A stretch of 64,000 nt of DNA from an uncultured bacterium (GTDB taxonomy: Bacteria > Krumholzibacteriota > Krumholzibacteriia > JACNKJ01). Under the pieces are notes generated by a model that ran no database searches, was not told where the DNA came from, and saw only the letters and a list, made by a program, of their open reading frames with translations. The stretch's first letter is position 1; each line of letters begins with the position of its first letter. The stretch is taken from NCBI GenBank assembly GCA_964399495.1, contig CAYNQX010000002.1, forward strand, positions 92,051 through 156,050, read 5' to 3'. Position numbers and translations under genes: made by a program. Below are positions 18,551 through 29,796 of the stretch, piece by piece.

Positions 18551-19317
18551 CCGTCTACCGTCTGGTGCTCGCCTACGACGGCACGGATTTCCACGGCTGG
18601 CAGAAGCAGACCACGGATCGCAGCGTGCAGGGGGAGCTGGAGCGCGCGCTGGCGATCCTGGACCGACGCCCGGTCAAGGTGCACGGCGCCGGGCGCACCG
18701 ACGCCGGCGTGCACGCGCTGGGGCAGTGCGCCTCCTTCGCGCTCGAGAACCCCCGACCGGCGCGTCGCCTGCTGGGCAACCTGAGGGGGCTGCTGCCGGA
18801 CGACATCACGCCGATCGAGATCCACGAGGCGCCGTCGGACTTCAACGCGCGCTTCTCGGCGACCGGCCGCTTCTACCTGTACCGGCTCGGACGCGTGCAC
18901 TGCGCGCCCCTGCGGCGACTGCGATGGGAGTTGCCGATGCCGGTCGATCCCGAACGCATGCGCGCGGCGTTGCCCGTGCTGGCGGCGGCCGACGATTTCC
19001 GCGCCTTCTGCACGCGGGAGGGGGCGGCCAAGGGCACCCATTGCCGCATCCGGGAGCTCGAGCTGCTGGAACCCGAGCCGGGGGAGCTCCAGTTGCGCGT
19101 CGGCGCCGATCGATTCCTGCACAACATGGTGCGCATCATCACGGGCACGCTGGTGGAGATCGGCAAGGGGCGCTGGGAACCCGAGCGGATGGCGGAGGTT
19201 CTCGCTTCCGGCGACCGCACCCTGGCCGGCCTGACGGCGCCGCCCCACGGTCTGTTCCTGAGGCGCGTTGTGTATCCCGAACGTTTCCTCGGCGGCGAGG
19301 CGCCGGGTCTGGACTGA
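18547..19317 (+). CDS. truA: tRNA pseudouridine(38-40) synthase
   Basis: YRLVLAYDGTDFHGWQKQ and catalytic GAGRTDAGVHA motif. Confidence 0.9.
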   Translation: MTVYRLVLAYDGTDFHGWQKQTTDRSVQGELERALAILDRRPVKVHGAGRTDAGVHALGQCASFALENPRPARRLLGNLRGLLPDDITPIEIHEAPSDFNARFSATGRFYLYRLGRVHCAPLRRLRWELPMPVDPERMRAALPVLAAADDFRAFCTREGAAKGTHCRIRELELLEPEPGELQLRVGADRFLHNMVRIITGTLVEIGKGRWEPERMAEVLASGDRTLAGLTAPPHGLFLRRVVYPERFLGGEAPGLD

Positions 19318-19377
19318 CGGAGGGGGCGTGCCTATACTGCCCGCGTCGAGGCGCGGGCCATCGTTCGATTCCACGAA

Positions 19378-20034
19378 ATGAGGGCAATGAAGTTCTTCAT
19401 CGATACCGCCAACATCGAGCAGATCCGACTGGCGACGGCCATGGGCGTGCTCGACGGCGTCACCACCAATCCCAGCCTGGTGGCCCGGGAGGAGGGGACG
19501 GCCGAGGAGATCTACCGGGAGATCTGCTCCATCGTGCCGGGGCCGGTGAGCGCCGAGGTGATGGCCCCGGACGCCGAGGGGATGATCGCCGAGGGTCGCG
19601 AGCTGAAGAAGATCGCGGACAACATCGTGATCAAGGTGCCCATTACCCTCGAGGGGCTGCGCGCGATCAAGGCCTTCGCCGCCGACGGCATCGAGACCAA
19701 CGCCACGCTCTGCTTCTCGCCGAACCAGGCGCTGCTGGTCGCCAAGGCGGGCGCGACCTACGTGAGCCCCTTCGTGGGGCGGCTGGACGACGTCGGGCAG
19801 GAGGGCATGGACCTGATCGCCGACATCGTCCAGATCTACCGGAACTACAGCTTCACCACCGAGGTGCTCGTGGCGTCGATTCGCCATCCGATGCACGTGG
19901 CGGAGGCCGCCCGACTCGGGGCCGACGTCGCGACGATTCCCTACCCGGTGATCGAGCAGCTCGTCGGCCACCCGCTCACGGACGGCGGCATCGAGCGATT
20001 CCTGGCCGACTGGCGGGCCAAGCAGGGGGAGTGA
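19378..20034 (+). CDS. tal: transaldolase (short Tal/FSA type)
   Basis: 218 aa; [10 protein letters not shown]-terminus, TTNPSL, catalytic Lys region IVIKVP. Confidence 0.9.
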   Translation: MRAMKFFIDTANIEQIRLATAMGVLDGVTTNPSLVAREEGTAEEIYREICSIVPGPVSAEVMAPDAEGMIAEGRELKKIADNIVIKVPITLEGLRAIKAFAADGIETNATLCFSPNQALLVAKAGATYVSPFVGRLDDVGQEGMDLIADIVQIYRNYSFTTEVLVASIRHPMHVAEAARLGADVATIPYPVIEQLVGHPLTDGGIERFLADWRAKQGE

Positions 20035-20037
20035 CGG

Positions 20038-21282
20038 ATGACCGATCCCTACGGCAAGACCAGCGGACGCTGGATTCCCATTCTCACGGGGCTGCTCACG
20101 GGCCTCTCCATCGCCGCCCTGGCGATGGTGCTGTTCATCGTGCTCAAGGCGCCGGAGTTCCTGCGCAAGGAGGCCCAGGACCTGCTCCTGGAGCAGTTCG
20201 CCTCGCTCCGCATCGAGTCGGCCGATCCCGGCGCGTCGAACCTGCCCGTCGGCTACTGGGACGTGGAGGCCGGCCGCCGCAACGCCATCGTCACGGCCAC
20301 GGAGAAGGTGGCGCCGGCCGTGGTGTCGGTGCAGGTGACGCAGCTTCAGCGCTACGTGGCTCGCCCGCGCTCCATCCTCGAGTACTTCGACATGTTCGGC
20401 CGCCCGCGCGTGTACGAGCAGGAGGTGCCGGGCCAGGGCAGCGGCGTCCTGGTGAGCCCCTACGGACGCGTGGTCACCAACAACCACGTCGTGGAGGGCG
20501 CGCACCGGATCCAGGTGACCCTGAGCGACGGCCGCAGCTTCCCCGCCCGCCTGCTGGACACCAGCAAGAAGCACGACATCGCGCTGCTCCAGGTGGAACT
20601 GGGCGAGGGGCAGCTTCTGCCCTACGCGGAGCTGGGCGACAGCGACGAGCTGCTGCTCGGCGAGTGGGTGATCGCGATCGGCAGCCCCTTCGGTTTCCAG
20701 CTCAACGACATCCGGCCCAGCGTGACCGTGGGCGTGGTGAGCGCCGTGCATCGCGACGTGCGCGCCGGCGGCGAGGGGCTCTACTCCGACATGATCCAGA
20801 CCGATGCGGCCATCAACCCGGGCAACAGCGGCGGGCCCCTGGTGAACAGCGAGGGCCAGGTGGTGGGCATCAACACGCTCATCTTCACCAAGGACGGCGG
20901 CAGCCTGGGCATCGGCTTCGCGCGGCCCATCAACAAGGTGACCTGGGTGCTGAACGAGTTCGAGCGCTACGGGCAGGTGCGCGACACCTGGGCCGGCTTC
21001 GAGGCGATGGACCTCAAGCCCTTCCACGTGGTGCACTACGGATTGCAGGTGCGCAGCGGCATCTTCGTCACCACCGTGTTCCGCGGCGGCCCCGCCCATG
21101 CCGCGGGGCTGGAGCCCGGGGACGTGGTGACCTCGATCAACGGCCAGGCCGTGCGCAACGTGGAGGAGGGCAACCGCCTCTTCTTCCGCTACGAGGTGGG
21201 GGACGAGGTCGTCCTCGTCGTGAATCGAGAGGGCGAGGAGATCGAGCTGCCCGTGCGGCTCGAGGCCTACAAGGACGAGTAA
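20038..21282 (+). CDS. htrA: HtrA/DegP-family periplasmic serine protease with a PDZ domain
   Basis: N-terminal TM anchor; trypsin-like catalytic GNSGGPLVN motif; C-terminal PDZ domain. Confidence 0.9.
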   Translation: MTDPYGKTSGRWIPILTGLLTGLSIAALAMVLFIVLKAPEFLRKEAQDLLLEQFASLRIESADPGASNLPVGYWDVEAGRRNAIVTATEKVAPAVVSVQVTQLQRYVARPRSILEYFDMFGRPRVYEQEVPGQGSGVLVSPYGRVVTNNHVVEGAHRIQVTLSDGRSFPARLLDTSKKHDIALLQVELGEGQLLPYAELGDSDELLLGEWVIAIGSPFGFQLNDIRPSVTVGVVSAVHRDVRAGGEGLYSDMIQTDAAINPGNSGGPLVNSEGQVVGINTLIFTKDGGSLGIGFARPINKVTWVLNEFERYGQVRDTWAGFEAMDLKPFHVVHYGLQVRSGIFVTTVFRGGPAHAAGLEPGDVVTSINGQAVRNVEEGNRLFFRYEVGDEVVLVVNREGEEIELPVRLEAYKDE

Positions 21283-21299
21283 CCGGAAAGGACGCCGAC

Positions 21300-22592
<1,293 letters not shown>

Positions 22593-22688
22593 ATGCCGTA
22601 TTCGAAAACTATCGCTGGTAAGCTGCGCGGAGCATGAGCTAGGCTTCGCGCATCCGAACCCCACCAAACACTTACTCGGAGGTTATCG

Positions 22689-23207
22689 ATGCGTAAAGTC
22701 GCGCTTGCCTTGATCGCGCTGCTCCTGATGAGCGGCACCGCCCTGGCCCTGGACATGGACTCCAAGTCCTTCTACGCCCATGGTCTGTTCTCTCTGCCCA
22801 CGGGCAGCTTCGGCGATGTGGCCGGAAACGGTTTCGGTGGAGGAGTCGGCATGACTGTTCCTCACAACGATTAGATGAACTTCCGCGGAGAAGTGGGCTA
22901 CGTAATGTACGGTGGTCAGGATTTCGGCGACGCGAGTTGGAGCTACAGCCAGATCCCCATCATTGTCTTGGCCGAGTATCACTTCGACGCTGACAGCCCG
23001 TTTTATGGTGTGGGTGGACTCGGCATGTACATGATGCGATGGACCTGGGAGCACGAGACTCAGGACAATACAACACACTCCAGCTCGGATATCGGTCTCA
23101 CCTTCGGGGGCGGCTACGATGTCAACGAGCAGTTCAAGCTCGAAGGTCGACTCACAACCGCCAATGGCAACAACCAGCTCTGGATCTGCGGCGTCTACCA
23201 CTTCTAG
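22689..23207 (+). pseudogene. small outer-membrane beta-barrel protein gene interrupted by an in-frame TAG (at 22872-22874), in a low-GC island
   Basis: ORFs 22689..22874 and 22875..23207 are in the same frame, separated only by TAG. Signal peptide at the start; product resembles OmpW/OMP_b-brl barrels. GC is visibly lower than the flanks. RBS GGAGG upstream. Confidence 0.6.
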
Positions 23208-23302
23208 ATCCGCTTTGACAGGAATGGCCTGAAGAGGCTATCTTCCGGGTACAGCGAATTGAAGCCAGCGAGGTCGTGGCCTTGCGGAGGCTTGATGCAA
23301 AC

Positions 23303-23325
23303 GGCCCTCCCCAGATGGGAGGGCC
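23303..23325. terminator. GC-rich hairpin between convergent genes (possible bidirectional terminator)
   Basis: Perfect 9-bp stem GGCCCTCCC / GGGAGGGCC with a 5-nt loop; weak T-rich tracts on both sides. Confidence 0.45.
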
Positions 23326-23421
23326 GTCACATTTGTGCCCGTGACTTGCATCGGAGATGAGCGATCGATCGGGCGCCTGCGAGTGCTCGCCTTGCGAGCT
23401 CGAGGTGAAGCCCGACGACGC

Positions 23422-26136
23422 TCACCGGAGCAGGTGTATCTTCCGGCTCAGGACATCGTCCACGGTCTTCAGCCGCAGCAGATAGACCCCCGACGCGAGC
23501 TCCTCGCCGTTCCGGTCCCTTCCGTCCCAGCTCACGCTCAGCTCGCCGGCGTCGCAGCGGGCGTCGATAAGACGGGCGACCTCGCGGCCGTCCGGGGAGT
23601 GCACCGTCAGAAGCGCGTGGCCCGCGCTCGGCAGTCCGAAGGAAACTTCGGTGCGCGGGTTGAAGGGGTTCGGGTGGTTCTGCTTCAGGTAGACCCGCTC
23701 CGGCGGCAGCGGCGGCGTGGCCGGCGTGCCGCCGCCGACGCTCACCGTGATCATCTCCTGGCTGCTCGGCTGGATATCCACCGCGACGTAGACGACGGCG
23801 TGCGCGCCGCTGCCGTCCACCTGCACGATCGTGCCGGGTCCGTCCACCTCGTAGCCCTGGCCGGCATGGACCAGGTGGAAACGCAGCAGGCCGTGCTCGA
23901 AGCGCTCGTTGAAGTTGTTGGTGAGCTGGCAGGCCACGCTGGAGGCCAGGCCGTCGTTGGCCGGGATGTACATCGCGCGCAGCTTCTCGCCGTAGCTGCC
24001 CGATGAGAGCGTCGCCTGCGGATCCAGCGTTCCGCCGCTCACGCGGGTGAGGCGGAAGGAGCGGCCGCCGTCGCAGGTCTTCGCGGTGCCGAGCACGTAG
24101 GGGTGGTTGTTCAGGTTGCCCTGGTTTCCGTGGGTGTGTCCGTAGAGCATCATGTCGACGCCGAGCGCGTTCGCGTTCAGCTCGCCCTGGAAGTCGTAGT
24201 GATAGAACAGCACGTGCGCCGGGCTGCTCGAGGTCGACAGCGTGGTCGAGAGCCAGCTCATCTGATCGTCGGTGAAGCTCTCGGCGCCGTAGATCTCCTC
24301 GCGCCAGGAGTCGTAGTTGTCGTAGGCCTCCAGGCCGATGAAGCGGACGTCGCCCAGCGTGAAGGTGTAGTCCTGAGTGCGCGCGGGCGCGCCGGGCGGC
24401 GGGTCGTTCGCGCGACCCCAGCCGTAGAAGCGCCACCAGTCCCTGCGCGCCGTGCCGTCCGGCGGCGCCGTCCACACCCAGCCGCCCAGGTCGTGATTGC
24501 CGCCCACCAGGTAGACGGGCACCGTGAGCTCGCCCAGCAGGTTCTTCGAGCGCGTGTAGCAGCGGGCGTAGAGGTAGTCCTCCAGCTCGCCCTCGTTCAC
24601 GAGGTCGCCCGTGTGCATGGCGAAGGCCGGGTTGATGATGTTGATGTCGTCGATCACCGCGCGCAGGTCGAGGATCTCCGTGGAGTCGGGCACCTCGCCG
24701 GTCTCGCCCACATAGGCGTGGGTGGGCAGGTGGGAGTCGGTGAAGTGGACGAAGTAGTAGTCCGTGGGCTCGCCCTTCACCACGCGCACTGCGTTGTGGC
24801 TGCGGTCCTGCTCGCCGTCGGCCCACACGTTCAGGTCGTAGAGCTCGTCGATCTCGACGATCGCCGGCAGGCGCGCCTGGAGCGTCCACCAGAGGGTGGC
24901 GGGGTCGTAGAGGGTCGACTCGAGGGTCAGGGGGATCGTCTTGGCGCCGTGGGTCAGCGTGGCCGTCCATTCGGCGGTGGCCGGGTCGGCCTCGCACTCG
25001 ATCGCCAGCAGCTCGCCGGGCTCCACGATGGCCGGCACGTTCAGGATCGGCCGCTGGATGATGCTCAGCGTGTCGCCGGTGGCGTAGATCGGCCCCTCGT
25101 AGGTCTGCGCGAAGGCGTAGTGGAGCGAGTCGCCCACGTTCATGGTGAAGGCGGCCCAGTCGTCGGTGTAGCCGGGCGTGTCGGCCACCAGGCTCCAGTC
25201 GCCGGCCGGCAGCGTCACGTGTCCCGAGGTCCCTTCCGTCAGGCTCATGCTGAGGTAGGGGTCGCCCGAACCGTCGCTCAGCAGCACGTCGCTCATCAGC
25301 CAGGCATAGGGTTCCGGCGTGTAGGCGATCTCCACCGTGAGCGTGCCGGTGGGCGTGCCCAGCCGCTCGTGGATCTCCTTCACCACCGCGCCCACGCCGC
25401 CTTCGGCCACGATCAGGTGGCGGACGTAGGTGACGGGCACGCCCGGGGGCAGGTCGACCACGGTCAGCGTGAGGTCGGACCAGTCGCCGCCGTGTTCGCC
25501 CGCCATGTTGCCCAGGGAGTCGGCGTAGCCGATCGCGGAGTAGCCGTCGCTGGCCGCGAGCCAGGCGCTTGATGTCAGTGATGGCGGGTCCCAGCCGTAG
25601 CCCGGCAGGAAGGGCTGGGCGCCGCTCCAGTAGAAGGCGTCGCCCAGGTCGTAGTTGGACAGGGTGGCGGGAACGTCGTTGATCATGGTCGTGCGGATCT
25701 CGAGGGAGCTCGCGCCGTCGGCGAGACGGTACTCGGTCTCGATGCGCAGCGAGGATTGCTGAGAGTCGACGCCGGTGGCGAGCACCCGCGCGGTGCCGCC
25801 GGCGCCGCTGTCGATGATGCTCACGGTGTCGTACAGGGCCTGGCGCGGCCAGTCGTCCTCGAGGTAGAGGTACTGCTCGCCGATCAGGTCGCGGCCGAAA
25901 GAGCGCGTGCCGATGTCCAGCACGTTGCCGCCGGTGACGGCGGACTGCCCGCCGTGGCCGGGCCCGCCGATGACGGCGCGCAGGAGGTCGTTCTCCATGA
26001 CGATGTCGCCCACCTGACCGGTGGCGGCGGAACCCGTGAGCAGGGTGTCGCCCGCCGCGGCCCAGCGGGCGGAGGTGGCGGAGAGAGCGGGGGTGGCGAC
26101 GAGAAGGCAGGCGAGGAAGACGATGAGTTGTTTCAT
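23422..26136 (-). CDS. secreted calcineurin-like metallophosphoesterase with a C-terminal T9SS-type (Por_Secre_tail / FlgD-Ig-like) sorting domain
   Basis: 904 aa; signal peptide MKQLIVFLACLLVATPALSA. Phosphoesterase motifs FVHFTDSHL, GDLVNEG, GGNHD, YGHTHG. Last ~80 aa LKQNHPNPFNPRTEVSF…GVYLLRLKT match the T9SS C-terminal domain consensus. Confidence 0.8.
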   Translation of the reverse strand: MKQLIVFLACLLVATPALSATSARWAAAGDTLLTGSAATGQVGDIVMENDLLRAVIGGPGHGGQSAVTGGNVLDIGTRSFGRDLIGEQYLYLEDDWPRQALYDTVSIIDSGAGGTARVLATGVDSQQSSLRIETEYRLADGASSLEIRTTMINDVPATLSNYDLGDAFYWSGAQPFLPGYGWDPPSLTSSAWLAASDGYSAIGYADSLGNMAGEHGGDWSDLTLTVVDLPPGVPVTYVRHLIVAEGGVGAVVKEIHERLGTPTGTLTVEIAYTPEPYAWLMSDVLLSDGSGDPYLSMSLTEGTSGHVTLPAGDWSLVADTPGYTDDWAAFTMNVGDSLHYAFAQTYEGPIYATGDTLSIIQRPILNVPAIVEPGELLAIECEADPATAEWTATLTHGAKTIPLTLESTLYDPATLWWTLQARLPAIVEIDELYDLNVWADGEQDRSHNAVRVVKGEPTDYYFVHFTDSHLPTHAYVGETGEVPDSTEILDLRAVIDDINIINPAFAMHTGDLVNEGELEDYLYARCYTRSKNLLGELTVPVYLVGGNHDLGGWVWTAPPDGTARRDWWRFYGWGRANDPPPGAPARTQDYTFTLGDVRFIGLEAYDNYDSWREEIYGAESFTDDQMSWLSTTLSTSSSPAHVLFYHYDFQGELNANALGVDMMLYGHTHGNQGNLNNHPYVLGTAKTCDGGRSFRLTRVSGGTLDPQATLSSGSYGEKLRAMYIPANDGLASSVACQLTNNFNERFEHGLLRFHLVHAGQGYEVDGPGTIVQVDGSGAHAVVYVAVDIQPSSQEMITVSVGGGTPATPPLPPERVYLKQNHPNPFNPRTEVSFGLPSAGHALLTVHSPDGREVARLIDARCDAGELSVSWDGRDRNGEELASGVYLLRLKTVDDVLSRKIHLLR

Positions 26137-26170
26137 GGGGGTATTGTATCACATGCGGCTCGAATACGAC

Positions 26171-26203
26171 GAGGCCCCCGGGATGGGGAATCCCGGGGGC
26201 CTC
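26171..26203 (-). terminator. hairpin downstream of sppA (36K)
   Basis: Perfect 13-bp stem GAGGCCCCCGGGA / TCCCGGGGGCCTC with a 7-nt loop, 19 nt past the sppA stop on the minus strand; no clear U-tract. Confidence 0.4.
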
Positions 26204-26221
26204 GCGCGCAATCGAAAGCGG

Positions 26222-27250
26222 CTAGAGCGTGGGCCGCCAGAGGTAGTAGAGCCCCGGATCGAGCACGTAGTCGTCCAGGCGCGCCTCGAGGCGGGAGCCG
26301 GGGCGCAGGCGGTCGGCGAAGCCCTCCAGGCCCAGCTCGAGCATGTCCCAGAGGGGGCTGGGCAGCTTGTGGTCGACCACCTCCACGGTTTCCACGCCGG
26401 CGGCCTCGCGCAGCATCGCCAGCAGCTCCTGCTCGTAGCCGATGGCGTCGATGAGGTCGAGCTCCAGCGCCTGCCGCGCCGTGTAGATGCGGCCGTCGGC
26501 CAGCTCGCGGACGTGGTTTTCCTCCATTCCGCGGCCCGCCATGACGGCGCCGACGAAGGAGTCGTAGGCGTCGTCCACGATGCCCTGGATGATCGCGCGG
26601 TGTTCGTCGCTCATGGGCTTGCCGGGGTTGAGCAGATCCTTGTTGGGGCCGCTGGTGAGGGTGACCAGCTCGATGCCCATCTTCTCGAAGAGCCCGGTGC
26701 CGTTCCAGGTCTGGATGATCACGCCGATCGACCCGGTGAGGCAGCTCGGGTGGGCGATGATCTTGTCGGCGCCCATGGCGATGTAGAAGCCGCCGCTGGC
26801 CGCCAGGCCGTTCATGCGGGCGACGACCGGCTTGCCCGTTTCCTCGCGGAAGCGGCGCAGCTCGTGAAAGATCACGTCGGAGGGGTCGACCGCGCCGCCG
26901 GGGGAGTCGATCTCCAGCAGCAGGCCGTCGATCTTGCTGCTGCTGCGGGCGTGGCTCAGCAGCATCTCCACGCTCTCGGGCAGGGAGAGCTTGGTGACGC
27001 CGAGCATGTTCTCGTCCGCCTCGGCGCTGATAACGCCCACCACCGGCACGCGCAGGAAGGTGGCCTCCGCCGCGTCGTCGCCGAAGGCGAGCTCGTCCGT
27101 GGCGCTGCCGCCGCCGGCGGCGACCTCGCCGCTGCTGCCCATGGCGCTCACCAGCACCATGCAGCCGCCCGCCTGCAGCGCCATGAATCCCAGGATCACC
27201 AGGATCGCGAGGACGTGGAAGATGCTCTGTATCGTCTTGTGGGCGTCCAT
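26222..27250 (-). CDS. sppA: signal peptide peptidase SppA, 36K type (single S49 domain)
   Basis: 342 aa; N-terminal TM; S49 motifs …VVARMNGLAASGGFYIAMGADKI… and TGSIGV. Confidence 0.85.
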   Translation of the reverse strand: MDAHKTIQSIFHVLAILVILGFMALQAGGCMVLVSAMGSSGEVAAGGGSATDELAFGDDAAEATFLRVPVVGVISAEADENMLGVTKLSLPESVEMLLSHARSSSKIDGLLLEIDSPGGAVDPSDVIFHELRRFREETGKPVVARMNGLAASGGFYIAMGADKIIAHPSCLTGSIGVIIQTWNGTGLFEKMGIELVTLTSGPNKDLLNPGKPMSDEHRAIIQGIVDDAYDSFVGAVMAGRGMEENHVRELADGRIYTARQALELDLIDAIGYEQELLAMLREAAGVETVEVVDHKLPSPLWDMLELGLEGFADRLRPGSRLEARLDDYVLDPGLYYLWRPTL

Positions 27251-27402
27251 GGATTCCCCTCGTGCTTTAGAGATGGGGCCCGCTCGGCACGGGCGGATCG
27301 CGGCTCCGGATAAAGGTCTGGACTTTCCGGAGGACTTGCCTAGTATATGGGCTTTCCCGGCTCAGGCTACCTTTAATTCCAGCCCAATCAGGCGGTCATC
27401 CC

Positions 27403-29796
27403 ATGGAAGCGGTGATCGAAGTCACCCGGCTTGACGAAGCCGAGCTGTCCCGGATTCTTTCCGAAAACACACTCATGCTCAAGCCCGGCGAGGCCCGCAA
27501 GGTGGCCGAGCTCCTCGGCCGCGAGCCCACGCTCACCGAGCTCACCCTGTTCGACACCATGTGGAGCGAGCACTGCTCCTACAAGAGCAGCCGCGCCTAC
27601 CTGAAGCGCTTCCTGCCCACCGAGGGGCCGGACGTGGTTCTCGGCCCGGTGGAGGACGCCGGCGTGGTGCGCCTGGGCGAGGCCGACGGCAAGAGCTGGT
27701 GCCTCGTGCTCAGCCACGAGAGCCACAACCACCCCAGCCAGGTGCTGCCCTTCGAGGGGGCGGCCACCGGCATCGGCGGCATCGTGCGGGACGTGTACTG
27801 CATGGGCGCCGAGGTGGTGGGCGTGCTCGACCCGTTGCGCTTCGGCGATCCCCACGGCAAGAGCGCCGCTCGTAGTAGGGAGATCATGGCCGGCGTGGTG
27901 GACGGCATCTGGCACTACGGCAACGCGCTCGGCGTGCCCAACCTGGGCGGCGACCTGGTGTTCCACCCGGGCTACGACGACAACTGCCTCGTGAACGTGG
28001 TGGCGCTGGGCCTCGTGCCCGAGGACGCGATCGTCCGCAGCCGCGTTCCGAAGGAGGCCGCCGACGAGCCCTACGACTTCATCCTGGTGGGCAAGCCCAC
28101 CGACGAGTCCGGCTTCGGCGGCGCGGCCTTCGCGAGCGTGATCCTGGACGAGGACGTGGAGAACCGCGGCGCCGTGCAGGTGCCCGATCCCTTCCTCAAG
28201 CGCGTGCTCTCCCAGGCCAACAAGACCGTGCTGGCGCTGGCCCGCGACGAGGGCGTGCCGATCGGCTTCAAGGACCTCGGCGCCGGCGGCATCGCCTGCG
28301 TCTCCAGCGAACTGGCCGAGGCCGGCGGCTTCGGCATGCGGGTGTGGCTCGACCGGGTCTCCGTGTCCGACGAGCGCCTGGCCAGCCGGGTCATCGCCTG
28401 CAGCGAGACCCAGGAGCGCTACGGTCTCGCGGTTCCCAAGACCTTCAGCGAGAAGGTGCTGAAGATCTACAACGAGGACTTCGAGCTGCCCCACGTGTAC
28501 CGTGGCGCCTGCGCGCGGGTCGTGGGGGAGGTCACCCAGGACGGCCGCTACACGCTGACCCGCGGCGAGGACGTGCTCTGCGACGCCAAGGTGGAGGTGG
28601 TGACCAGCGGCATCGCCTACGACCGCGAGAGCAAGCCGGCGCCCCGCGACATCCCGGCGCCCGAGCGGGACGCGAGCCGCGACCTCTCATTGGACCTTCT
28701 CACTTTGTTGGCAGATCCTAATCTCTGCGACCGCAGCTATCTCTACCAGCACTACGACGGCGAGGTGCAGGGCCACGCCTGCCTGCGTCCCGGCGAGGGC
28801 GACGCGGGCGTGAGCGCCCCCTTCTCGGGCAGCCCGCTGGGCTTCGCGGTGACCTGCGACGGCAATCCCTGGTACGGCGAGCGCGATCCCTACCGCGGCG
28901 CCGTGCTGGCCGTCTGCGAGAGCGTGCGCAACCTGGCCTGCCAGGGCGCCTGGCCCCTGGCGCTGACCGACTGCCTCAACTACGGCAACCCCGAGAAACC
29001 CGAGCCCTTCGGCGCCTTCGCCGACGGCGTGCGCGGCATCGGCGATGCCTGCCGCGGCATCGGCCGCATGGCCGAGGACGATGCCGGCGAGACCTCCGAG
29101 CATCCGATTCCAGTGATCAGCGGCAATGTGAGTTTCTACAACGAGAGCGCGGCGGGCACCGCGATTCCGCCCAGCCCCATCGTGTCGCTGGCCGGCCGCG
29201 TGCCGGACGTGAGCAAGGTGCCCGGCCAGCAGCTGGGGGGCGCGGGGAATTCCGTCTACCTGCTGGGCGCGCGACGTGACGAGATGGGCGGCGGCGCCTA
29301 CCATCGCGTGATCCTGGGTTCGGCCGGCGGCGCGCTGCCCGCGGCGGACTTCGGCCGCACGCGGGCCGAATCCCTGGCGGTGCTCGAGGCGGTGTCGGCG
29401 GGCATCGTTCGCGCGGCCCACGACATCGGCGAGGGCGGCCTGGCCGTCTGCGCCGCCGAGATGATGCTGGGTCGGCGCCCCGGAGCGCTGGGCCTGGGCC
29501 TCGACCTCGACCTGCCGGCCGGCGATATCGACGCCGCGGCGAACCTGTTCGGCGAGAGCGGCGGTTTCCTGCTGGAACTCGATCCGGCGGCCGCCGCCGG
29601 GTTCGAGACCGGCTGCGAGACCAGAGGCATCGCCTGTGTCCGCCTCGGCGAGGTGACCGCCGACGGCGCGCTGCGGCTCTCCATCGAGGGCGACCTGAGA
29701 ATCCACTCGAGTCTCGCGGATCTGCGGAAGGCCTGGGAAAGCACCCTCCCCGCACTCTTCCCGGCGGGAGCCGATGCGAAGGGAGGTGGCGCATGA
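27403..29796 (+). CDS. purL: phosphoribosylformylglycinamidine synthase subunit PurL
   Basis: 797 aa; small-PurL architecture with the N-terminal …DTMWSEHCSYKSS… motif. Confidence 0.95.
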   Translation: MEAVIEVTRLDEAELSRILSENTLMLKPGEARKVAELLGREPTLTELTLFDTMWSEHCSYKSSRAYLKRFLPTEGPDVVLGPVEDAGVVRLGEADGKSWCLVLSHESHNHPSQVLPFEGAATGIGGIVRDVYCMGAEVVGVLDPLRFGDPHGKSAARSREIMAGVVDGIWHYGNALGVPNLGGDLVFHPGYDDNCLVNVVALGLVPEDAIVRSRVPKEAADEPYDFILVGKPTDESGFGGAAFASVILDEDVENRGAVQVPDPFLKRVLSQANKTVLALARDEGVPIGFKDLGAGGIACVSSELAEAGGFGMRVWLDRVSVSDERLASRVIACSETQERYGLAVPKTFSEKVLKIYNEDFELPHVYRGACARVVGEVTQDGRYTLTRGEDVLCDAKVEVVTSGIAYDRESKPAPRDIPAPERDASRDLSLDLLTLLADPNLCDRSYLYQHYDGEVQGHACLRPGEGDAGVSAPFSGSPLGFAVTCDGNPWYGERDPYRGAVLAVCESVRNLACQGAWPLALTDCLNYGNPEKPEPFGAFADGVRGIGDACRGIGRMAEDDAGETSEHPIPVISGNVSFYNESAAGTAIPPSPIVSLAGRVPDVSKVPGQQLGGAGNSVYLLGARRDEMGGGAYHRVILGSAGGALPAADFGRTRAESLAVLEAVSAGIVRAAHDIGEGGLAVCAAEMMLGRRPGALGLGLDLDLPAGDIDAAANLFGESGGFLLELDPAAAAGFETGCETRGIACVRLGEVTADGALRLSIEGDLRIHSSLADLRKAWESTLPALFPAGADAKGGGA

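Noticed and set aside
19355-19370. GTTCGATTCC T-loop-like string upstream of the transaldolase gene, considered as a tRNA
   Set aside because: No complementary T-stem, D-arm or acceptor stem could be built around it; only a 60-nt intergenic region
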